Assembly (NCBI GenBank): GCA_015493585.1
Contig: WGCW01000016.1
Coordinates: forward strand, 30,668 to 94,667
DNA from: Acidobacteriota bacterium
GTDB lineage: Bacteria > Acidobacteriota > Thermoanaerobaculia > Thermoanaerobaculales > Sulfomarinibacteraceae
Reading direction: 5' to 3'
DNA: 64,000 nucleotides
In this document: piece by piece, positions 18,275 through 27,536 of the stretch
Position numbering within the stretch: the first letter of the stretch is position 1
Layout of the letters: the number at the start of each line of letters is the position of its first letter
Position numbers and translations under genes: made by a program
Notes under the pieces: generated by a model
The model's input: the letters and a program-made list of their open reading frames with translations, nothing else
Databases searched by the model: none
What the model was told of the DNA's origin: nothing

Positions 18275-19345
18275 TCACGCGGACTCAGGTGGTGGGACAG
18301 GCGCACAGAGCGGTTCTTCCGGTGCTCCAAACCCGCCCGTCGCCTTGAGGAACCGGGTGATGATCCCCGCGATGAGGCGTTCCTGACCGGGCCCGGACTG
18401 CTGAGACGGCGCTAACGGAATCTGGGCGCCCGCCAGCGCCTGGTGACCGCCCCCGTGCCCTCGTCTTCCCGCAAGACGCCGGGCAACGGTGCCGGCAGCG
18501 GGCTCTCCATCGGAGGTGCGCAGGCTGAGATGCAGCCACGCGCCAATCACCCCGTAACACAGCACCCAGCTCACTCCGTCAACCCTGAGGAGGAGATCAG
18601 CCGCCTCGGCCAGCATTTCGGGCGTGTCCAGCGGGTTGACCGACGCGACAATACTCGAGCCGTGGACAACGGCGTTTTCGAGCACCCACCGCAGTCGCGC
18701 AAAGTACGTTCTCGGCAGGGGCGCGGCAACGATCCGGCCCAGAGCACGCGGGTTCGCCTTCGGATACAGCGCGAGGAACGCCTCGATGTCAGCCCGGGTG
18801 GTTTCGCGCCCAAGATCCTGGGTGTCCGAGCGAATCCCGTAGACAAGCGCCGTGGCCAGCCGCGGCTCGATCGTAATCCCGGCGGCTTCGAGATACTCCC
18901 ACAGGATGGTCGAGGTTGCCCCGTAACGCCGGCGGATATCGGTAAAAGCTGCGGAGCGGGTCTCGGGCCGAATCGGGTGATGGTCGATCACGATGTCCGG
19001 ACGGACCGACGGATCGAGGCTGATGTTCCCCGCCCCGGGCTGGGCATCGACCACCGCGATCCGGCTGAAGCGTGCCCAATCCAGCGTGTCGATCGGCCGT
19101 GGATGGAGGCCGAGATAGCGGAGCAGTGCCAGGTTCTCGGCCCGTCCAACAACGCCGCCATGAGTCAGCGAGCATGCAATCCCTGCACGCTCGTTCGCGA
19201 TCTCCCGCAGTGCTGCTGCAGCCGCGATCGCATCGGGATCGGGGCTGTTCTGCATGACGATCAGCATCGTCGATGCCCCTTCCAGCACCGAATAGAGCTT
19301 CGCGAGCCGCTGCTGCGATCGTGTCGGTGACGCCACAGTCCTCAT
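18275..19345 (-). CDS. DHH-family phosphoesterase (NrnA-like)
   Basis: Motifs ...NSPDPDAIAAA..., VVDAQPG and DIVIDHHP (the DHH motif). AAGGAGGG precedes the ATG at 19345. The tracked ORF extends to 19417. Confidence 0.75.
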   Translation of the reverse strand: MRTVASPTRSQQRLAKLYSVLEGASTMLIVMQNSPDPDAIAAAAALREIANERAGIACSLTHGGVVGRAENLALLRYLGLHPRPIDTLDWARFSRIAVVDAQPGAGNISLDPSVRPDIVIDHHPIRPETRSAAFTDIRRRYGATSTILWEYLEAAGITIEPRLATALVYGIRSDTQDLGRETTRADIEAFLALYPKANPRALGRIVAAPLPRTYFARLRWVLENAVVHGSSIVASVNPLDTPEMLAEAADLLLRVDGVSWVLCYGVIGAWLHLSLRTSDGEPAAGTVARRLAGRRGHGGGHQALAGAQIPLAPSQQSGPGQERLIAGIITRFLKATGGFGAPEEPLCAPVPPPESA

Positions 19346-19427
19346 ACCCTCCTTCCCAGCAGCCGAACCGGCACCTACCCGGCCAGTCCATCCGCCGCAA
19401 CTGCCCCTATCGTACACTGCCGGCGCG

Positions 19428-22400
19428 TCAGCCCCGATTGAGACGGCTCAGAAACCCGGTCAGCTCTTCGAGCACGGGCTGTACCGCGCCAAGCTCGATC
19501 TCGCCGGCGGGCGTGATGCGGGAGCCCGGCCAGGCATCGAGCGCTTGGGCCAAACCAGGCGGTGGTTCCCTCGATGGATCAAGCTTGATCCGCCAGATCC
19601 CCGGACGCCGGATCACCGTCCGGATGCCGGCCCGCGACGCGGCGATCCGGACCCGTTGGGCGCGCGCCAGGTTTTCGAGCTGCACCGGCGGCGGTCCATA
19701 GCGGTCGCGAACCTCTTCAAGGAGCGCCTCGAGCTCTTCTGCGGACGCGCAAGCACCGAGACGCTTGTAAAACGAGAGGCGCAGGGCGGGCTCGGCCATG
19801 TACTCGGCCGGAATCTGAAGATCGAGGCCCAAACGAAGCTCGACCTCGCGGCGGATCTCCTCCGGCTTGCCCTCGAGCTCGGCAACGGCCTCGTCGAGAA
19901 GCTGGCAGTAGGTCTCGAAGCCGACTGCTTCGAGAAAACCGTGCTGCTCGGCCCCGAGCAGATTTCCGGCGCCGCGAATTTCCAGATCCCGGGCTGCAAT
20001 CCGGAAACCGGCACCGAGCTCGCAGAACTCCTGGATCGCGGCAAGCCGCGCCCTGGCGACCGCCGAGAGCCGGCGGCCGGGCGGTACGAGGAAGTACGCG
20101 AACGCCAACCTCTCGGAACGGCCAACCCGTCCACGAAGCTGATAGAGCTGGGCCAAACCGAACCGGTCCGCCCGGTTGACGAGCAAGGTATTTGCGTTGG
20201 GGATATCGAGGCCATTTTCAATGATGGCCGTCGCGAGCAGCACATCGGCTTCGCCGTCGAGAAAGGTTCGCATCGCCCTTTCGAGGTGACGTTCTGGCAT
20301 CTGACCGTGGGCAACGGTGATCCGCGCTTCGGGAACGATCCGTTCCAGCCATTGGGCCAAGGCACCGATCGAGCGCACACGGTTGTGGACGAAGAACACC
20401 TGGCCCCCGCGCTCCATTTCGTACAGGATTGCCTCGCGCACAACCTCCCCGGAAAACTCGAGCACCGAAGTCTCGACGGCCTGCCGGTTCCGGGGAGGCG
20501 TCTCGATCAACGAGACATCGCGCAGACCTGACAACGCCATGTTGAGCGTCCGGGGGATCGGTGTCGCAGACATCGAGAGCACATCGACCTCAGTCCTCAG
20601 CTTCTTCAGCCGCTCCTTCTGGGCCACCCCGAACCTCTGCTCTTCGTCAACGATGATCAGCCCAAGATCCCGGAAGACGACGTCCGGAGCGAGCAGCCGG
20701 TGGGTGCCGATCAGAATATCCACCGTGCCACGGGCCACCCCTTCGAGCGCCTCCTTCGTCTGTGCCAGGGACACAAACCGGGAGACCATACGGATTTCGA
20801 TCGGGAACCCCCGCATCCGGCGCCGGAACGTCTCGAGGTGCTGCTCGGCCAGGATCGTCGTCGGCGCGAGAACCGCAACCTGCTTTCCGTCAAGCACGGC
20901 CTTGAACGCGGCCCGCATCGCCACTTCTGTCTTGCCGTAGCCGACGTCGCCGACCAGGAGGCGATCCATCGGGCGGACCGATTCCATATCCTGCTTGATC
21001 TCGGAAGCGGCCTGCTCCTGATCAGCCGTCAGCTGAAATTCGAACGCATCCTCAAACTCCCGCTGCCACGGAGAATCGGGGGAAAACGCGTGCCCGCGCG
21101 CCGCCCGCCTGACCGCGGCCAAACGCAGCAGGGCAGCCGCCATCTCGCGAACGGCCTTCTTCACGCGTGCCTTTCGCCGTCTCCACGTGCCACCTCCAAG
21201 CCGGTCGAGACGCGGGCTGACGCCGGTATCGCCGGCCGCATACCGCTGGAGCAGGTCTGCCCGTTCGACGGGGACCAGCAAGCTGTCACCACCGTGGTAG
21301 GTCAGCACCAGCATCTCGAGCGTCCGGCCTTCCACATCGACTCTCCGGAACCCGGTGAAGCGTCCAATCCCGTGATCGGCGTGGACCACGAGATCGCCCG
21401 GCTTGAGATCGCGCAGATCGGAGGCGAAGGCCCGTACGGCGCCCCGGCGCCGCCGCGGGCGCGGCGTCACCGTCAGATCCCGGCGGCCATACACGGCCAG
21501 CCCACCATCCCAAACGAAGCCGTGCTCAAGCCGGCCAACAACCACGCTGACTCCGCCCGGCCCTGGAGGCGGCGCGACAGGGACGACCCCACCTTCCTTC
21601 AGAAGCTCAGCAAACCGCCGCTCCTCTCGCGGGGAGGCGACGACGAGGACCTGAGCCATCTCTCTCGCCCGCCGTTCCCGCAGCGTTGGCACGAGATCCG
21701 GCAGCCGGTGGACGAAGCTCTCCTGAGGATGGCTGACCAGGCGCCACCAGCGGGTCGTCCCGTCGGCAATCTCCAGACGCTCGATCCTCAGTGCGCTCCG
21801 GCCGATCGACTCCTTGATCCGTTCGATCCCAACCAGCAGCAGATCTGGTGGGGGCAAGGCCGTGTGGCGCCGTGAAAGCGCTTCCCACTCCCGTGTCTGG
21901 AGCCGCAGCCATCGTCCGAGGTCTCCAACAACCTCGTCGGCGTCGCAGACGACGAGCGGATCCGTCACATCGAACCAGCTCAGATTCTCGCGTGCGAGCG
22001 GCAGTGCCGCCCACCAGAGGTTTCGTTCCGCGCCCTCCCGGATCAAGCCAGCCAGGACGGGCACATCCCCTTCGAGCTCAGCGGCAAGCCGCGTGCGCGT
22101 TTCCACGCCGCTCGGGAAGAGATCGAGCGGCAAGAGCTCCGCGGATGCGAGTGACGTCCCTTGCACCGAGCGTTGGGTCGCCGGATCGAAGATGCGGATC
22201 GTGTCGATCAAGATGTCGTCGAGCTCGATCCTGTAGGCGCTCTCCCCGCCAGGATGACAGTCAATGACCGAGCCACGAACGGCGAACTCACCCGCAGCTT
22301 CAACGAGATCGGTCCGGTGGTAGCCGAGCTCGACGAGGTGCCGGGCAAGCTCGGAAGGATCAACTTCATCTCCGGGATGGAGCACGATCGTCCGGCCAGC

Positions 22401-22817
22401 GAGCGTCGCGGGATCGGGGATCCGTTCGAGCAGGGCCCGGGCCGGGGCGATCACGAGATCGAGATCGCCGGACGCCAGGCGTGTCAGCAGCCGGGCCGCG
22501 GCGAGACGGGACGCCAGAGGAGGCTCCGTTCCAAGATACGGGGCGGCCAGCTCCACGGGGACGACGGCGGCCCTCAGCTCCGGTGCCAGTAGCTCGAGCC
22601 CGGCCGCCAGCTCCTCGGCGTCGCTCGCGCGTGGAACGACCACCAGCGTGCATCCGGAGGGCCACTGCTCATGAGCCAGGGACGCCAGTACGAGCGACCG
22701 GGCGGCTGGAACGACGCCGCCGACGGCCAAAAACCTGCCGCCGCCCGCAAGGGCGGCGGCAAGCCCAGGAAACACAGGAAGAAGTCGCGTCACTCGCAGC
22801 TCTTCCAAAGGAGTCAC
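19428..22817 (-). CDS. mfd: Transcription-repair coupling factor
   Basis: 1129 aa. It has a UvrB-homology N-terminus, an RNAP-interacting region, a superfamily-2 helicase core (LLVGDVGYGKTEVAMRAA, DEEQRFGV, SATPIPRT) and a TRCF C-terminal domain. The GTG start overlaps the ribBA stop (GTGA). Confidence 0.92.
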   Translation of the reverse strand: MTPLEELRVTRLLPVFPGLAAALAGGGRFLAVGGVVPAARSLVLASLAHEQWPSGCTLVVVPRASDAEELAAGLELLAPELRAAVVPVELAAPYLGTEPPLASRLAAARLLTRLASGDLDLVIAPARALLERIPDPATLAGRTIVLHPGDEVDPSELARHLVELGYHRTDLVEAAGEFAVRGSVIDCHPGGESAYRIELDDILIDTIRIFDPATQRSVQGTSLASAELLPLDLFPSGVETRTRLAAELEGDVPVLAGLIREGAERNLWWAALPLARENLSWFDVTDPLVVCDADEVVGDLGRWLRLQTREWEALSRRHTALPPPDLLLVGIERIKESIGRSALRIERLEIADGTTRWWRLVSHPQESFVHRLPDLVPTLRERRAREMAQVLVVASPREERRFAELLKEGGVVPVAPPPGPGGVSVVVGRLEHGFVWDGGLAVYGRRDLTVTPRPRRRRGAVRAFASDLRDLKPGDLVVHADHGIGRFTGFRRVDVEGRTLEMLVLTYHGGDSLLVPVERADLLQRYAAGDTGVSPRLDRLGGGTWRRRKARVKKAVREMAAALLRLAAVRRAARGHAFSPDSPWQREFEDAFEFQLTADQEQAASEIKQDMESVRPMDRLLVGDVGYGKTEVAMRAAFKAVLDGKQVAVLAPTTILAEQHLETFRRRMRGFPIEIRMVSRFVSLAQTKEALEGVARGTVDILIGTHRLLAPDVVFRDLGLIIVDEEQRFGVAQKERLKKLRTEVDVLSMSATPIPRTLNMALSGLRDVSLIETPPRNRQAVETSVLEFSGEVVREAILYEMERGGQVFFVHNRVRSIGALAQWLERIVPEARITVAHGQMPERHLERAMRTFLDGEADVLLATAIIENGLDIPNANTLLVNRADRFGLAQLYQLRGRVGRSERLAFAYFLVPPGRRLSAVARARLAAIQEFCELGAGFRIAARDLEIRGAGNLLGAEQHGFLEAVGFETYCQLLDEAVAELEGKPEEIRREVELRLGLDLQIPAEYMAEPALRLSFYKRLGACASAEELEALLEEVRDRYGPPPVQLENLARAQRVRIAASRAGIRTVIRRPGIWRIKLDPSREPPPGLAQALDAWPGSRITPAGEIELGAVQPVLEELTGFLSRLNRG

Positions 22818-24049
22818 ACCATCTTGAGCAGATGCCCCAGCTTCTGTTTTTTCGTCCTCAAGTACGCCCGTGTGTCATCGGTCGGCGGAATCTCCAACGG
22901 CACCCGCTCGACGATCTGAAGCCCGAAACCGGCCAGGGCGGCATACTTGCGCGGATTGTTCGTCATCAGGCGCATCTTCCGGACGCCGAGGTCCATCAGG
23001 ATCTGCGCGCCCGTCCCATAGTCCCGCGGATCTGGGGGGAAACCGAGGTGAACGTTGGCTTCGACCGTGTCGTCGCCCGCGTCTTGTAGCTCGTACGCCC
23101 GCAGCTTGTTGAGCAATCCGATCCCGCGTCCCTCTTGCAACAGGTAAAGAAGGACACCTCGCCCCTCCTCCGCGATCCGCCGCAACGCCTGATCAAGTTG
23201 AATGCCACAGTCACACCGCGCCGAGTGGAAGACGTCCCCCGTCAGGCACTGCGAATGGACGCGGACGAGCACAGGTTCTTCGGGATCGATCTCGCCCATC
23301 ACCAGTGCCACGTGCTCTTCCCCCGTGACGCGGTTGCGATACCCATAGATTCTGAACGTCCCGTATGCGGTCGGCAAACGCGGCGACGCCACCCGTTCGA
23401 CGAGCTTCTCGGAACGGAGGCGGTAGGCAATCACTGAAGCAACGGTCAGCACGCCGAGGCCGTGCTCACGCGCCAGCTCCATCAGCCTGGGCAATCGCGC
23501 CATGTGGCCATCGTCATCCATCACCTCGCAGAGGACTGCGGCGGGAGTCAAGCCGGCGATCCGCGCGAGGTCCACGGTCGCTTCCGTGTGACCCGCCCGT
23601 TTGAGGACCCCACCCTCCCGCGCCCGCAAGGGGAACATATGCCCGGGTTTCCGAAGGTCGTCCGGCCTCGTCCGTGGATCGACGAGGGCCCTGACCGTCG
23701 CCGCCCGGTCGTGAGCGGAGATACCGGTCGTCGTTCCTTGGCGAGCCTCAACCGACACGCAGAACGCCGTCTCATGGTTCGAGGTGTTGTGCTCGGGATC
23801 CACCATCAACGGCAACCCAAGCTCGTCGCAACGCTCACCGGTCAGCGACACACAGATCAGGCCGCGTCCGTGGCGCGCCATAAAGTTGATCGCTTCCGGC
23901 GTCACCCGGTCGGCCGCGACGACCAGATCGCCCTCGTTTTCCCGCTGCTTGTCATCAACAATGATCAGGATTTCACCTGCCGCGAGACGGCGCGCAGCGT
24001 CCTCAACGCTGAGAAATTGCTCGCTCCCTTCAGGAGCCGTGGTGGTCAA
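22814..24049 (-). CDS. ribBA: Bifunctional 3,4-dihydroxy-2-butanone-4-phosphate synthase / GTP cyclohydrolase II
   Basis: 411 aa, TTG start. DHBP synthase half (...DDKQRENEGDLV...HTEATVDLA...) and GCH-II half (...VRVHSQCLTGDVFHSARCDCG...). Confidence 0.92.
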   Translation of the reverse strand: MTTTAPEGSEQFLSVEDAARRLAAGEILIIVDDKQRENEGDLVVAADRVTPEAINFMARHGRGLICVSLTGERCDELGLPLMVDPEHNTSNHETAFCVSVEARQGTTTGISAHDRAATVRALVDPRTRPDDLRKPGHMFPLRAREGGVLKRAGHTEATVDLARIAGLTPAAVLCEVMDDDGHMARLPRLMELAREHGLGVLTVASVIAYRLRSEKLVERVASPRLPTAYGTFRIYGYRNRVTGEEHVALVMGEIDPEEPVLVRVHSQCLTGDVFHSARCDCGIQLDQALRRIAEEGRGVLLYLLQEGRGIGLLNKLRAYELQDAGDDTVEANVHLGFPPDPRDYGTGAQILMDLGVRKMRLMTNNPRKYAALAGFGLQIVERVPLEIPPTDDTRAYLRTKKQKLGHLLKMV

Positions 24050-24062
24050 GCTCCCTCCCCGC

Positions 24063-25577
24063 TCACTTCTTCGGCGGCATAATGATTGGGATCATCGTCG
24101 TCCGCGACACACCCTTAATGAAGTCCTTGACCGTCGTCTTGAGCGTGTACGTACCACCCTTTGGCAGAATCGACAGCGGGAGCGAAGACCCAAACATGTA
24201 CACGTTGTCTTCGACCTTGGACAGCTGCAGGGACCTGTACGGAGCGTTGGAGATGGGCTGCTTTCCGAGGTAGAGTTTCATGCGCATCTTGACGTCCGGC
24301 TGTCCCTTGTCGTTGAGCCCAGGATGGACGATCAAACAGAAGTAGTTGAGCGTGTCGGTAAAGGCGAAGTGGCCATCGGGGCGCGGAACAACATGGTGTC
24401 CACCGTAGATGAACGGCGTCCCGGCCACGAACTTCGTCACGTCGATGACCTGCTGACCGGCTACCATCGGCGTGATATAGGTCGCACCCGCAGGCACATC
24501 CTCCATCGTGATATCGAGCTTCCGGACCGCCACGGGCGAACCCTGCGCCGCAAGGGCCAGCTCCAACGTCGACGAGCCGGCCGGCGCTGGGACGGACACT
24601 TCGTACAGCCGTCCGCTCTGCGTTTCCAGGCCGGTGACGCTCTTTTGGAACGTTCCGATCAGTTTTCCATCAGCACCCGTCAAACGGCCCACCATCGTAT
24701 CGGCCGGTGCGACCTTGTCGGGCAAGATAATGAACGCCCACGCCGGATAAATATCGGCCTCTTCGACACCGGGGCTGACGCCAGCCCTCGCGCCTTCCGG
24801 CCACGGAGCCGGGTTGATGGCGAGCCAGGCCAGCTGGGCCGGGGTCGCCGCGGTCGTCCCGGGCAACAAGGGGTAAACCGGCATCTTGGTCATATTGGGA
24901 TGCGCGAGGTCTTTCTGCGGCATGGCATCGAGGCATTCTATCGCCCATTTCGCATCACGAATATTCCGTTGAAGCTCGTAATGACCGGTACCGTCCGTAT
25001 CGAAGAATGCAAACATGACGGTCTTGAACCGTTTTGGAATACGGACCGTCGCTGGAAGCTGGTCCCGGGTGTAGAGCCAGATCTCAGCCACACCTTTGGC
25101 GCGGTTGAACGCAATTCCGTACATCACCGTCGAAACGTCCAGCCCCGTTCCACCCAGTGCAGCATGGGTATCCTGACGGCCCCGCCCGTAGAGACTGATG
25201 AGGAACTTTTCGATCGGTTCCTTGCCGCGGTTCGCCGGAGGCCCCATCAGGATGAAGACCTTGCCGCGGTCCGTCATGGAGCCGCGGACGTTTTTTTCGG
25301 CGAACATCTTGTCAGCAGCGGCAACCCGCGCCTGGAAATCACGTTTGAACTCGTTGATCCGCGTCGACAGGTTCGGATCGCGCTTGGCCCAGAAGAGATC
25401 GATGAACTGCTTGGCTTGCTCATCGGTCGTCAGCTGCTTGTACGCCGCACGTTCCTGCTGTGTCATCAGGTACCCGGCCGGTCCGTTCGGCCAGTCGGCA
25501 TACTTTTGAGAAAGAGCGGCCCACGCCGTCATCGAGCCGAGGAACAGCGCGCACAGAACGATAAGTGTCTTTTTCAT
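24063..25577 (-). CDS. Secreted GWxTD-domain protein
   Basis: Signal peptide MKKTLIVLCALFLGSMTAWA, then ...FIDLFWAKRDP...RGSMTDRGKVFILMGPP..., which resembles the GWxTD domain. AGGGGGA precedes the ATG at 25577. Confidence 0.65.
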   Translation of the reverse strand: MKKTLIVLCALFLGSMTAWAALSQKYADWPNGPAGYLMTQQERAAYKQLTTDEQAKQFIDLFWAKRDPNLSTRINEFKRDFQARVAAADKMFAEKNVRGSMTDRGKVFILMGPPANRGKEPIEKFLISLYGRGRQDTHAALGGTGLDVSTVMYGIAFNRAKGVAEIWLYTRDQLPATVRIPKRFKTVMFAFFDTDGTGHYELQRNIRDAKWAIECLDAMPQKDLAHPNMTKMPVYPLLPGTTAATPAQLAWLAINPAPWPEGARAGVSPGVEEADIYPAWAFIILPDKVAPADTMVGRLTGADGKLIGTFQKSVTGLETQSGRLYEVSVPAPAGSSTLELALAAQGSPVAVRKLDITMEDVPAGATYITPMVAGQQVIDVTKFVAGTPFIYGGHHVVPRPDGHFAFTDTLNYFCLIVHPGLNDKGQPDVKMRMKLYLGKQPISNAPYRSLQLSKVEDNVYMFGSSLPLSILPKGGTYTLKTTVKDFIKGVSRTTMIPIIMPPKK

Positions 25578-25655
25578 GCATTTCCCCCTTTGCACGGACG
25601 CGCCGCGCGCGGGCATCTTAACCTGCTCTCCAAAAACCCGCAAGCTGCGCCTCAC

Positions 25656-27536
25656 TCACCCCAGCATGACGGCCACGCCAAGCGTCCCGGGGCCGGCGTG
25701 CAGGCCGAGCGCAGGCGCGGCATCTCCAACGAAGCGGGGTCTCAGACCGATAATCCGCTCGACCCGCACCGCCAGAGAGGCTGCCGCTGAAGGAGCGTGC
25801 GCGTGGACGAGCGCCCATCCCCACACATCCGCGTTGGCGGCCCACTTCTCGATCTGTCCGGTGATGAGCTCCAGCGCTCCACTCTGGAACCGGGCCATCC
25901 CTGCACGGGCCAAGTCGCCAGCGTCATCAATCGTCACCACCGGGATCACGTTGAGCATCTTCGCAATGAACCCCTTCGCGCCGTGGAGCCGGCCGCTTCG
26001 CCACAGGGTATCGAGCCTCTCCGGTGCGACCAGCATGCGCGTCTTCGGGATCCAGTCTTCCAGGGCCGAGACGATGTCGCCAAGAGCCATGCCACTCCGG
26101 ATCGCTTCGGCCGCGCGCAAAACGAGCAGGCCCAGCGCAGCCGAGACGCGCCGTGAATCGACAACCTGCACTGTTCCCCCGGCCCTCCTCGCGGCGGTGC
26201 GGGCGGCGTTACACGTCCCGCTGAGCCGGGAGGCCAGCGGGAGCGACAGGATCCCGGAGTAGTACCGGCTGAGGAAACGGAACGTCCGTTCGAACTCGGC
26301 CGCCGGTGGTTGGGAGGTCGTCGGCGTACCGTCCCTCTCCCTCTGCCGGCGGTAGAAGGTGCCTGGCGTGATCGTCAGGCGGTCGAGGTGGGACGATCCC
26401 CCAACCTGGACCGGGATCGGCACGACATGAATCTGGTGCTCGTCGAGGAGCTCGCGGGGAAGATCACAGGTCGAATCGGTCACGAGCGCAATCGAGGCCT
26501 GGCGAGCGTGCGCCGCCTCGTACTGGCGCCGCATGTCATCGACCTTGGGAACTTCGACCTGACCCAGCTGCTCAAGCAGCTCGAAGAGGGCTGGAGGATC
26601 GTCGGTATGGGCGTGGAGATGAAGAACCCCCTCACCGCCGGCAACGACGATCGAGCTCGCCACGGCAGCGGCCATCGTCCTCAGCTCGGCCGCTTCGATT
26701 TGACTCCCCGTGACGATTGCCTCGGCACAGAACCTCGGGCCGTCCACCCCCGACGGAACCGTCTCCTCGATGACCGGTGCACGAGCAGCCCACAACGGGT
26801 TCTTCCAGGCGTCATCTCCGCGCTCAATCAGCTGTTCGATCCCCTCGAGCAACGTGATAAACCCCTTGGCACCCGCATCGACGACCCCCGCCCGGGTCAA
26901 AGCTTCGAGTTGCCGCTGCGTGCGCTCCAACGACCTCCGCGCCGAGGCGAGCGCAGAGGGGAACAGTTGGGCGATATCGCCCGCGCGCCGCCCCGACTTG
27001 ACCTCGTGCGCCCAGTCGCGAATGACCGTCAGAATTGTGCCCTCCACCGGATGTCCGACCGCTTGCCGTGCCCACCGCACAGCCCGGACGAGCGGCTCGC
27101 CGAACGCACTGCCGGCGATCCGCGTCTTCCCCGTAAGCTCGCGTGCAAGGCCATAGAGGTACTGCGCAAAGATCAGGCCCGAATTGCCCCGGGCCCCCGA
27201 CACCGCAGCGGCCGCGATCGACGCAACGGTGGAACCCAGCTCGGACGAGACAACCGTGCCGGCGAGAGCAGCCCGCACCGTGGCAACCATATTGGTGCCG
27301 GTATCCGCATCGGCGACTGGGAACACGTTGATGCGATCGATCTCATCCCGTGCTGCAGCGAGCGCGGCAGCACCCGCCGCAAAGGCACGGTAAAAGCGCG
27401 GCCCATCGATATACCCAATCTGCAACGTTCGCCTCGTAGCTACCTCGCCCGCGAGCTGCGGCTCAGCTCGCCTCCCGCTCTCTGAGCACGCGGCGGAGGA
27501 TCTTGCCAGACGCCGACTTTGGAATCGCGTCGACAA
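25656..27536 (-). CDS. DAK2 (FakA-like) - DegV (FakB-like) fusion protein
   Basis: 626 aa, TTG start as tracked. The N-terminus is DAK2/DhaL-like (INVFPVADADTGTNM). The middle is FakA-like (GVVDAGAKGF; LHLHAHTDDP). The C-terminal roughly 290 aa is DegV-like (LVTDSTCDLP, TSQPPAAEF, SRLSGTCNAA, GLHAGPGTLG). The tracked start overlaps the upstream ligase gene by 74 nt, so the real start is probably further in. Confidence 0.75.
   Translation of the reverse strand: MSTRFQSRRLARSSAACSESGRRAEPQLAGEVATRRTLQIGYIDGPRFYRAFAAGAAALAAARDEIDRINVFPVADADTGTNMVATVRAALAGTVVSSELGSTVASIAAAAVSGARGNSGLIFAQYLYGLARELTGKTRIAGSAFGEPLVRAVRWARQAVGHPVEGTILTVIRDWAHEVKSGRRAGDIAQLFPSALASARRSLERTQRQLEALTRAGVVDAGAKGFITLLEGIEQLIERGDDAWKNPLWAARAPVIEETVPSGVDGPRFCAEAIVTGSQIEAAELRTMAAAVASSIVVAGGEGVLHLHAHTDDPPALFELLEQLGQVEVPKVDDMRRQYEAAHARQASIALVTDSTCDLPRELLDEHQIHVVPIPVQVGGSSHLDRLTITPGTFYRRQRERDGTPTTSQPPAAEFERTFRFLSRYYSGILSLPLASRLSGTCNAARTAARRAGGTVQVVDSRRVSAALGLLVLRAAEAIRSGMALGDIVSALEDWIPKTRMLVAPERLDTLWRSGRLHGAKGFIAKMLNVIPVVTIDDAGDLARAGMARFQSGALELITGQIEKWAANADVWGWALVHAHAPSAAASLAVRVERIIGLRPRFVGDAAPALGLHAGPGTLGVAVMLG

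Noticed and set aside
23784-25790. 668-aa plus-strand ORF spanning ribBA and the GWxTD gene
   Set aside because: It is antisense to two confident genes, has a low-complexity Arg/Pro-rich translation, and crosses an intergenic gap. It is a compositional artefact.
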